DNA of 64,000 nt, taken from a virus. Positions 51,606 to 59,672 of this stretch are shown here, in pieces (position 1 is the stretch's first letter; each line of letters begins with the position of its first letter). The translations under genes and the position numbers were made by a program. The stretch is from the IMG/VR virus record IMGVR_UViG_3300005613_000004; one strand, written 5' to 3'. The notes under the pieces are model-generated. The model made no database searches. It saw only the letters and a program-made list of their open reading frames with translations, and was not told where the DNA came from.

Positions 51606-51737
51606 CCTTTAATAAGGATTTCTCTTATTAAAGGAAACCCACTAAACCTTTAATAAGACCACTTCCACAACCGTCACAGCACTCCTTTACAGGGGGTGCT
51701 TTTTTATTGTATAATATTAATGTAAGTAAAACACTTC

Positions 51738-52628
51738 ATGAAACTTTGGATGCTTGGTAATCGTCTCACTACTGAGATGTATGAACGTAACAGATTTGTA
51801 GAAGAAGCAGATAAATATGGTATTGATTTCTCAGTAGTTTTTGCTGACGAAATCGACTTAATCGTTTCCCAAGATGACCGCAAATCTATTCGATATCGTA
51901 ATGATATTCTCAGTCTCCCTGACTGTTTACTTGCTCGTACTGGGTCTGCTACTGGTTATTTTAACCTCAGTGTTCTCAGACAGTTTGAAAGACTGAATGT
52001 AATGACGATGCCAAACTCTGCTTCGATTGAGGCATCGAAGGATAAGATGTATGCTAACCAGATTATGGCACAAGCAGGACTTCCCATCCCAAAGACGATG
52101 CTGACAAGATTTCCTTGTAAAGCAGAGACTGTTCAGAAGCAAGTGGGATTTCCTTGTGTCCTAAAAGTGGTTACTGGTTCTCATGGTGCTGGTGTTTTCC
52201 TTTGTGAAGATGCTAAACAGTTTGAAGATTTGTCGGAACTTATTTCTTCTCTTGAATCAAAATCTTCTATGATTGTTCAGGAGTATGTAAAAGAATCGGA
52301 AGGAAGAGACCTTCGGGTCATTGTTATTGGTGGTAGAGTTGTTGGAGCAATGCAACGCAAGTCTACTGATGGTTCATTTAAAGCCAATATTTCCCGTGGA
52401 GGTAAAGGGGAAACATACGATGTTGATGACGAATTGGAAATGCTATCAATTCAAGTTGCAAAAGTTCTTGATCTTGATATTGCTGGTGTCGATCTATTAT
52501 TTTCTAGCGACGGATACCGAATCTGTGAAGCAAACTCAGCCCCAGGATTCCAAGGATTTGAGGAAGCACTAGGGATTAATATCCCTCAGAAAGTTTTTGA
52601 TTATGTTAAACTCAGATGTGGAGGGTGA
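51738..52628 (+). CDS. RimK-like ATP-grasp ligase
   Basis: SKDKMY, IPKT, VLKVVTGSHGAGV, QEYV..GRDLRV, FKANISRGG, AGVDLL, EANSAPGF. Confidence 0.9.
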   Translation: MKLWMLGNRLTTEMYERNRFVEEADKYGIDFSVVFADEIDLIVSQDDRKSIRYRNDILSLPDCLLARTGSATGYFNLSVLRQFERLNVMTMPNSASIEASKDKMYANQIMAQAGLPIPKTMLTRFPCKAETVQKQVGFPCVLKVVTGSHGAGVFLCEDAKQFEDLSELISSLESKSSMIVQEYVKESEGRDLRVIVIGGRVVGAMQRKSTDGSFKANISRGGKGETYDVDDELEMLSIQVAKVLDLDIAGVDLLFSSDGYRICEANSAPGFQGFEEALGINIPQKVFDYVKLRCGG

Positions 52629-52692
52629 ATAAGACCACTTCCACAACTGTCACAGCACTCCTTTACGGGGGTGCTTTTTTATTGTATAATAC

Positions 52693-53406
52693 ATGGGTAA
52701 AGCAATCGAGGCTGTGCCCATGCTACTTTCAGAATTCAAGCAAAAATTTTGTACTATCAAGGCAAGAGGATTTATTAAATCCCATCGCAAAGGTGATACT
52801 GGTGTGGGTCATACCCTTGAACAAGAACTGGGACTGACTGAGAATTGTATCTCTGGTCCTGATTTTGAGGACAATGAACTCAAAGGAGCACGTAAAGGTG
52901 CTGGTGGTAAGCAGACACTGTTCACCAAAGAGGGTGAGTGGGTTGTATCGCAGAAAGATTATATTGCACAATACGGTTTTCCTCACACCACAAAAATTGG
53001 TGAGATAAGTGGACAATCTACCGTCACCAAGACTGTTAACAACCGTGGTCTATCTATTGTGACCACTGATGATTACTGTACCGTTGTGCATGGTGATACT
53101 ATCATCGTTAAGTGGGATTGGGAGACACTAGTCAACCAGTTTGGTAAGAAGTTCCCTGCCTGTGTGAAAGTATTTGCCGATGTTGAAAAACGTGATGGTG
53201 TGGAATACTTCCATTATAATGAAGTGTATAGATATATTGGAACTGATAAAAATCTATTTCGTACTGCTATAGAGAATGATGTGATTGCCATTGATATTCG
53301 TATGCGTACACAGAACATGATTGGCAAATCTCTTCGTAATCGTGGTACTGCATTTCGTATAAATCATGGTAATATGGAAGAACTGTTTATTAAGGAGGAA
53401 CTTTGA
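52693..53406 (+). CDS. MvaI/BcnI-family restriction endonuclease (start possibly ATG 52720)
   Basis: GFIKSHRKGDTGVGHTLEQELGLTEN; PD-x4-ExK (PDFEDNELK); TLFTKE; NRGTAFRI. Confidence 0.82.
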   Translation: MGKAIEAVPMLLSEFKQKFCTIKARGFIKSHRKGDTGVGHTLEQELGLTENCISGPDFEDNELKGARKGAGGKQTLFTKEGEWVVSQKDYIAQYGFPHTTKIGEISGQSTVTKTVNNRGLSIVTTDDYCTVVHGDTIIVKWDWETLVNQFGKKFPACVKVFADVEKRDGVEYFHYNEVYRYIGTDKNLFRTAIENDVIAIDIRMRTQNMIGKSLRNRGTAFRINHGNMEELFIKEEL

Positions 53407-54308
53407 AAGACACAATTCTGTATGGAGACTGTAGAGAAACGTTGCAACAGTTTGCGGAGTCTGGTGTTCGTGCTCGTATGTGTGTGACATCTCCTCCTTA
53501 CTATGGATTGCGTGACTATGGTAATGAAGATGCACAGATAGGTCTAGAAGAATCGCCTGAAGAGTTTATTCAACAACTGGTTGAGGTGTTTCGTGGTGTG
53601 CGTGATTGTCTCACTGATGATGGTACATTATGGGTTAACATTGGTGATAGTTACTATAACTATCGTGGAGGAAAGGGTCAGGCATTACCAAAACAATCTG
53701 TTGCTAATACAAATCAAGATCTACCACAAGGAAAAAATCCTAGACGTGGTAATAAACTGAAAGGATATAAAGAGAAAGATCTTATCGGTATTCCTTGGAT
53801 GCTTGCATTTGCTTTACGTGCAGATGGATGGTACTTGAGACAAGATATTATTTGGAGTAAGCCCAATCCAATGCCAGAAAGTATGAAAGATAGGTGTACT
53901 AAATCTCATGAATACATATTCTTACTCAGTAAAAAGCAAAATTATTTTTTTGATGTTGAGAGTATAAAAGAACCTACTATTGATGGTAAATCATTGAAAA
54001 GAAAGAAGAGTGTTTGGAATATTCAAACAAAACCTTATAAGGGTGCTCACTTTGCAGTTTATCCTCCAGAACTTATTGAACCTGCTATTCTTGCTGGTAG
54101 TGAAGAGGGTGATATTATTCTTGATCCTTTTATGGGTTCTGGAACTACAGCAATGGTTTCTAAAAGTTTAGGTAGGCATTATATTGGGTGTGAACTTCAT
54201 AAAGAATATGGAGAACTAATTGATAATAGGATATCTGAATACAATAAAATATATACTGCAAAGGATAAAATAGTTGGTGAAGGTAAACTTATTTTTGAGG
54301 ATGAATAA
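53403..54308 (+). CDS. beta-class amino-DNA methyltransferase, probably N4-cytosine
   Basis: Motif IV TSPPY N-terminal, motif I DPFMGSGTT C-terminal; TTGA overlap with the REase. Confidence 0.92.
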   Translation: MKDTILYGDCRETLQQFAESGVRARMCVTSPPYYGLRDYGNEDAQIGLEESPEEFIQQLVEVFRGVRDCLTDDGTLWVNIGDSYYNYRGGKGQALPKQSVANTNQDLPQGKNPRRGNKLKGYKEKDLIGIPWMLAFALRADGWYLRQDIIWSKPNPMPESMKDRCTKSHEYIFLLSKKQNYFFDVESIKEPTIDGKSLKRKKSVWNIQTKPYKGAHFAVYPPELIEPAILAGSEEGDIILDPFMGSGTTAMVSKSLGRHYIGCELHKEYGELIDNRISEYNKIYTAKDKIVGEGKLIFEDE

Positions 54309-54385
54309 GACCACTTCCACAACTGTCACAGCACTCCTTTACGGGGGTGCTTTTTTATTGTATAATACTCTTATAGTCAATCAGA

Positions 54386-54598
54386 ATGATGGCAGTAAAC
54401 CACAGAAAAATGACTTGTAAGGAAGCTCTTTTGGCTCGATACAAAGTCTCTGGGCGTAAATCAGAAAGTGGATATGGTGAATCTGCTGTTGGTTTGTCTT
54501 ATGAGGAAGCACAAAGATTCTTTGATTCTTTGACTTATCGTGGTTTTGAAATCAAAGTGGTTGCTTACTGGGATGAACATGTTTTTTATTCAGAATAA
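54386..54598 (+). CDS. hypothetical protein (cassette 3)
   Basis: Exactly fills the gap between repeats 3 and 4. Confidence 0.65.
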   Translation: MMAVNHRKMTCKEALLARYKVSGRKSESGYGESAVGLSYEEAQRFFDSLTYRGFEIKVVAYWDEHVFYSE

Positions 54599-54644
54599 AC
54601 CACTTCCACAACCGTCACAGCACTCCTTTACGGGGGTGCTTTTT

Positions 54645-54652
54645 TATAAATA
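54645..54652 (+). promoter_or_regulatory. late promoter TATAAATA replacing the -10 box in repeat 4
   Basis: gtgcttttt-TATAAATA-aat versus gtgcttttttattgTATAAT in the other copies. Confidence 0.8.
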
Positions 54653-54673
54653 AATCTATGGAAGTTAAAAAAA

Positions 54674-55156
54674 ATGAATTCACAAGAACTTCGTAACCTT
54701 CAAGAAGCATATTTAGAAGTTGTTGAAAATCAACAGCAACTTGATGAAGGATATGTAGAATTTGACAAAGATAGAGGACCTAGAAAACCATCGCCAAGAG
54801 GAAAGTTGGTAACGAAAGCCTCACAAAAAAGACTTGGCAATATTCTTTCTCCACATCATAGAGATGCAAAGAAACAAGGAGAAAGAGCTGAAAAAATGAG
54901 CTCGGTTAGGGATACTCATAGTCCAGAAAAAGCACAAGCAAAAGCAGCAGCAAATAAGGCAAAAGGTGAATCAAAGAAAAAGGCATTCGGCAATCGTTTA
55001 AGAAGATCGGACGGACAAGGTATTCAGGATAGTTATGATTATTACGACATCATCCTTTCACACCTTCTTGATGAAGGTTATGCTGAAACACCAGAAGCAG
55101 CAGAAGCAATTATGGTGAATATGAGTGAAGAGTGGAGAGATAGTATTATTGGTTGA
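54674..55156 (+). CDS. probable head-internal protein (cassette 4)
   Basis: MNSQELRNLQEAY..QLDE leader, basic core, DIILSHLLDEGYAETPEAAEAIMVNMSEEW tail. Confidence 0.65.
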   Translation: MNSQELRNLQEAYLEVVENQQQLDEGYVEFDKDRGPRKPSPRGKLVTKASQKRLGNILSPHHRDAKKQGERAEKMSSVRDTHSPEKAQAKAAANKAKGESKKKAFGNRLRRSDGQGIQDSYDYYDIILSHLLDEGYAETPEAAEAIMVNMSEEWRDSIIG

Positions 55157-55237
55157 TAACCACTTCCACAACTGTCACAGCACTCCTTTACGGGGGTGCT
55201 TTTTTATTGTATAATACTCTTATAGTCAATCAAACTA

Positions 55238-55773
55238 ATGACTGAAGAATACGGATACATTTCTGATGCCTTTGATATGCTACCAGAAGAGGAACTTCTT
55301 ATGACTGACGAACAAATTAAAATGCTCCGTCGTCTCATTCAAGATGAGATTGAATGTGCTCAAATTGATGGTATGGAGCATGGTCAATGGGGATGGGCGG
55401 AGAAACAACTTGATGAAGGATGGAAAGAGTTTCAGGAGAGTTTTACCAAATGAGTATCCCACATTTCAAATCCCAAGACGACTGGCTAGAGTTTCTCAGC
55501 ATCTTTCAGGGCCAATGGCAATGTAAGCTAACACTGCTGGATCGTGTGAAGAATGATTTGTTCCCTGAATATAAGTCTTGGGATCAACTTCAACCGAAGA
55601 CTTTGGAAGTGATCAACGACATTGTATCTAATCTTGTGTATGAGGTAGAGCGTCAGTTCAAAGAGACCCATCAGGACTATAAGACTGATGATGATGACAT
55701 CTTCATTCCCTATCGTTCTTTCAAAGAGAATGTAACAGAAGCATTGAAAGAGGCTCTAAAGGAGGACAACTGA
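55238..55773 (+). CDS. two hypothetical proteins (55238-55453 and ~55450-55773; cassette 5)
   Basis: ATGA-coupled ORFs filling the gap between repeats 5 and 6. Confidence 0.65.
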
Positions 55774-55898
55774 CCACTTCCATAACCGTCACAGCACTCC
55801 TTCGCATGGGTGCTTTTTTATGGTATAATGACTTCATATACATCAATCATCATGATCAAAGATTCTGCCCCATAATTAATAGTAAAATTATAAAAATT

Positions 55899-56837
55899 AT
55901 GAATCCAATTTATGAACACTTTAAGTCCAAAAACTGTGAAGTAAATTTTATTGATAAGAATATTTGGGAAATATCAAAAGGCAATTCTAAATTTTTGATA
56001 TATGTTCCATACTTGGTATGTGATCAGGACCCTTCACTTTCGAAGGAAATTACTGAATTTAAATCAAGAACAAATGCATACCTGAAACGTAATAATTATC
56101 CACATACTGAACAATTGTTTGTATCTAGAATTGAGGATTTGGATAATGCTTTAGATAAAATTGGATATCCTTGTGCTATAAAGCCAAATAATGAAAACAA
56201 TGGAAATGGGGTTTATTGTAATATAAAATCAAAACATCAATTAATGTTTCATATACACCAACAAAGTGCATATTTTTATCAAGATGGATTGATATTAGAG
56301 AAGCACGTTAGAGGTGATGATTATAGAATAACAGTCATTAATAATGAGTTCTTATTCGCAGTACAGCGAAAACCTCCATTGATTGTTGGTGATGGTAAAA
56401 AGACAATTATTGAATTAATTGATGATAAGAATGAAGAAATAGAAAAACTTAAAAATAAATTTAGTTTTTATAATAATATCATTGTCAATGATTCTGAGAT
56501 TAATTATAATTTGAGTTTAAATAATTTAACATTTGATTCTGTTCTTGATGTGGATCAAACATTTATATTGAAGAGTATTTCTAACTTAAGTGTTGGTGGA
56601 GAGAGAATATTTGTTCCTAGAGAAAAAATACATGAATCAGTTATTGATATGTGTGAATCTTTATCTAAAGATTTAAATTTATTTTCACTTGGGATTGATT
56701 ATATAACTGAAGATATTAGTAAAGAACCAGAACTGGGTAAAGATTCTATAATAGAATTAAATTACAACCCTCAAGTTTCTGGTGAGTATTATTTTAAATG
56801 TTTGGATATGATGCTTGAAAAGTATGAATGTAACTGA
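55899..56837 (+). CDS. ATP-grasp ligase resembling the cyanophycin-synthetase/GshF grasp domain (start likely ATG 55899)
   Basis: YPCAIKP..ENNGNGV, LEKHVRGDDYRITV, PPLIVGDGKKTIIELID, SNLSVGG, GIDYITEDIS, IIELNYNP; no Mur domain. Confidence 0.8.
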   Translation: MNPIYEHFKSKNCEVNFIDKNIWEISKGNSKFLIYVPYLVCDQDPSLSKEITEFKSRTNAYLKRNNYPHTEQLFVSRIEDLDNALDKIGYPCAIKPNNENNGNGVYCNIKSKHQLMFHIHQQSAYFYQDGLILEKHVRGDDYRITVINNEFLFAVQRKPPLIVGDGKKTIIELIDDKNEEIEKLKNKFSFYNNIIVNDSEINYNLSLNNLTFDSVLDVDQTFILKSISNLSVGGERIFVPREKIHESVIDMCESLSKDLNLFSLGIDYITEDISKEPELGKDSIIELNYNPQVSGEYYFKCLDMMLEKYECN

Positions 56838-57552
56838 TTCTGGAGAATATGGAGATATCTTTGAAGAAAGAGGGTATCTTTACCATCTTGCTATGAGTAA
56901 GTTTCCCAATGCTAGAAAACTTGAGTTTGATAATCTTTTTGAAGAATGTGAACTTCGACCATCTGAGGACATCTTAGATGTTCCTTCTCTTGGTGGATAT
57001 TTGGATTTATATGAGACGGAAGGTGTTAATATAACCTATGCAGATTTTGCTCCTACAAAAGGTGTAATTAATTTGGAAAGTCCATATTCTAATTGGGATT
57101 TGGGAAGTTTTGATAGGATAATTTCTTTAGCTGCCACTCATCATATTAGGGATATTGAAAAATTTATTTCCAATATAGATAAACATTTGCGTCCCGGTGG
57201 AATTGTAACCATTGCTGATGTAGAACCTGACAGTGGAGTTTCCAAATTCTTAGATGGATATGTGGATAAGTATACGATTACTGGATCGCATAGAGGATAT
57301 TATCGTGATTTTTCTAAAGTAGAAACTCCCTGGAAAATTATTTCTCATTCAAAAAAACAATGTGATTGGAAGTTTTCTGAAGAAATTATTGATATTGCTG
57401 AATTTTGCTATGATTTATTTGGATTGAAAGATTGTCATTTTTCTTCTTTGATTGATACTTTAAGAGATGATATTGGAATTGAATATAATTCTGGCAACTA
57501 TGTATTAAAATGGAATCTAATATACACACATTACATTAAGTTTGATAATTAA
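56815..57552 (+). CDS. class I SAM-dependent methyltransferase
   Basis: ILDVPSLGGYL, ISLAATHH, LRPGG..TIADV. Confidence 0.8.
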   Translation: MKSMNVTDSGEYGDIFEERGYLYHLAMSKFPNARKLEFDNLFEECELRPSEDILDVPSLGGYLDLYETEGVNITYADFAPTKGVINLESPYSNWDLGSFDRIISLAATHHIRDIEKFISNIDKHLRPGGIVTIADVEPDSGVSKFLDGYVDKYTITGSHRGYYRDFSKVETPWKIISHSKKQCDWKFSEEIIDIAEFCYDLFGLKDCHFSSLIDTLRDDIGIEYNSGNYVLKWNLIYTHYIKFDN

Positions 57553-57591
57553 ATATAAGGTCAACTATATAATGTGAGTTTGATTTGATAC

Positions 57592-58041
57592 ATGGAAGAA
57601 TATAGTATTAAAATTGTTTATAAGAAACTTTCTCTCGAAGAAAAATTAGAAATTGTAAACCTTTGGACTTCCGAAAATGCTGTTCCTTATAATGTTGCCA
57701 TTGAAAGAGTTGAGCATGTTGTTTGCAGTATAATTCATAATCCTACTGGAAAAATTATAGGTGTCAGTACAGCACCACCCAAACAATTTCATGGGAAATT
57801 TTATTATACTTACGGAATGTATATTTCACAATATCATAGGAAAAATACTTTTACAAGAAAACAACCCTGGATTTTGCAATCAACTATTGATGCATTAAAA
57901 AATTCAAAACCTCTTGTTTCTTCTATTATATTGTCACTTGTAGAAAATCCTAAAATTTCTCATAAACTGATGTTACGTAAAGGTTGGACAATATTTGATA
58001 ATGATAGATTTAAAAATGTATATTATATAAAATTGACCTAA
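57592..58041 (+). CDS. GNAT-like hypothetical protein
   Basis: IVNLWTSENA, GKIIGVST, YGMYISQYHRK; fold call is inference. Confidence 0.45.
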   Translation: MEEYSIKIVYKKLSLEEKLEIVNLWTSENAVPYNVAIERVEHVVCSIIHNPTGKIIGVSTAPPKQFHGKFYYTYGMYISQYHRKNTFTRKQPWILQSTIDALKNSKPLVSSIILSLVENPKISHKLMLRKGWTIFDNDRFKNVYYIKLT

Positions 58042-58712
58042 TGAGAAATAAAAAAAATTATCTAGTATTATATTTACTATCTCATATTAGTTTTTTATTT
58101 TATGTTTATATTTTTGGATTGAATTACATCTATACATTATTATTGGGATTAATGGTGTATAATTTATCAGCAGAACTTTACATGCATAGAGGATTGTCTC
58201 ATAATCATTTTAAATTTTCTGATAATGTTCAAATGATACTGAATATTTTATATTCGATGTGTAATTTTGGTAGTATATTAGTTAGTATTTCTGCTCATTA
58301 TAATCATCATAAATTTATGGATCAACAAAATGATCCTCATGATTTTAGAAGACTTGGTGTTTTTAGAACTATAATTAAAGACTGGGATAATTATAGTCCA
58401 GATAAAAATGTCATGAGAAATTTGATAAAAAATAAAAATTTAAGGGATCAACATTTTAATCACCAAAAATATTCTATTATTTCGGTATTATTTTTCCCAT
58501 TTGTGCCTATGATTAGTTTTTGGGCAATAAATCTTATATTCATAGTTACACATACGGGGAATTATAAAGATAGTGCTATTAATATTCCATTTTTATACCC
58601 ATTAATGTGGGGGTCTGAAATGCATTATGATCATCATTTAAATCCTAGTAAGAAAAAAATGCATGATTATGATTTAATTTATTATCTTGGTGAACTGATA
58701 AAGAGCAAATAA
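58041..58712 (+). CDS. membrane fatty-acid desaturase-like protein (delta-9/DesC type)
   Basis: His boxes HRGLSH, HYNHH, HYDHH; DPH; hydrophobic helices. Confidence 0.82.
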   Translation: MRNKKNYLVLYLLSHISFLFYVYIFGLNYIYTLLLGLMVYNLSAELYMHRGLSHNHFKFSDNVQMILNILYSMCNFGSILVSISAHYNHHKFMDQQNDPHDFRRLGVFRTIIKDWDNYSPDKNVMRNLIKNKNLRDQHFNHQKYSIISVLFFPFVPMISFWAINLIFIVTHTGNYKDSAINIPFLYPLMWGSEMHYDHHLNPSKKKMHDYDLIYYLGELIKSK

Positions 58713-58736
58713 TCATTCAATTATTAATAAGAAATT

Positions 58737-59225
58737 ATGAAAGTTAATCAACAGTATTATAAGTATTGGTTGGATATTTGGAAAACACAAACTATCGAAG
58801 TTCTTGATGCAACTGCACTTATTCGTGTGATTGAATGTACAAACGGTTGTGTTCAGTATGCATTTCGTGATGGTAATGAGAATGCACTTTCTGTTGAACA
58901 AAGTAGAGAGTGTATGAAAATTTCTATGAGTACAATTAAGAATAAGGTTTTGACATTGCCTGACGGAACAGAAGTTGTATTACCGGAAGAATGCCATGGA
59001 ATTATGAATGAAGCACGAGATTTATATGTTCGTGGATTTAAGCAAGGTGATAATGAAGCACTGGAAGAATTTTATGCATTATCTAAATCACATTTTCATG
59101 TATTAGGTAGGCAGATTATTGATGAGAAGTTTCAGTTCTTTACAGAGCACTTTGAGGATGTCTTTACTTCTTACTGGATTATGATGGGGAGGATGTATAT
59201 TTACGAAATGGGTGAATTTATCTAA
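58737..59225 (+). CDS. hypothetical protein
   Basis: ORF track. Confidence 0.65.
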   Translation: MKVNQQYYKYWLDIWKTQTIEVLDATALIRVIECTNGCVQYAFRDGNENALSVEQSRECMKISMSTIKNKVLTLPDGTEVVLPEECHGIMNEARDLYVRGFKQGDNEALEEFYALSKSHFHVLGRQIIDEKFQFFTEHFEDVFTSYWIMMGRMYIYEMGEFI

Positions 59226-59248
59226 ATAGTTGTAAGACGCAATTTTTT

Positions 59249-59605
59249 ATGCCTCTTTACAATACCTTTCAAGCCTATGTTTTTAATCTCCACACAACTA
59301 ATTCTTCAGAAGCAAAACGGTTATGGAGGTCAAAAATAAAGGAAGAATGGGATTATCGATGTGCTTATTGTGGGTCTGATAAAAATATTACAATAGACCA
59401 TATTGTTCCAAGATCAAAAGGTGGTACAGATTTTACAGAAAATTGTATCTGTGCATGTCATTCCTGTAATCAAGACAAAGGTCATACTCCTATGGAAGAT
59501 TGGTATCTTTCACAGGAGTTTTTTGATATTGATCGTTATGAAAAAATTAAAAAATGGATGGAATCGGATTTGAAATTAATGAAAGTTTATCCATATAATA
59601 CTTAA
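59249..59605 (+). CDS. HNH endonuclease
   Basis: CAYCG...TIDHIVPRSKGG....NCICACHSCNQDKG. Confidence 0.9.
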   Translation: MPLYNTFQAYVFNLHTTNSSEAKRLWRSKIKEEWDYRCAYCGSDKNITIDHIVPRSKGGTDFTENCICACHSCNQDKGHTPMEDWYLSQEFFDIDRYEKIKKWMESDLKLMKVYPYNT

Positions 59606-59672
59606 TTTAAATTTTATAAATATATCAAAAGGCAGTATATACTGCTAGATCCGGTAAATACCGATTATAAAA

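Larger units (their letters stand above)
51652..55829 (+). repeat. six ~58-bp promoter/terminator repeats: 51652-51715, 52628-52690, 54304-54366, 54594-54652, 55159-55215, 55773-55829
   Basis: Consensus accacttccacaacYgtcacaGCACTCCtttacGGGGGTGCttttttattgTATAAT; copies 2-6 start at or within 2 nt of the preceding stop codon. Confidence 0.97.

Noticed and set aside
51652-55829. CRISPR array
   Set aside because: The intervals are 0.2-1.6 kb and contain whole genes, the repeats hold promoter and terminator motifs, and no cas genes are present
51652-55829. Classical integron with attC sites
   Set aside because: No tyrosine integrase in the window and no attC RYYYAAC/GTTRRRY cores; the repeats are direct promoter-hairpins
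55806-55898. N-terminal extension of the ATP-grasp ORF
   Set aside because: That ATG lies inside repeat 6, upstream of its -10 box; 55899 is more plausible
55899-56837. Full cyanophycin synthetase
   Set aside because: Only ~310 aa; the Mur-ligase domain of CphA is absent
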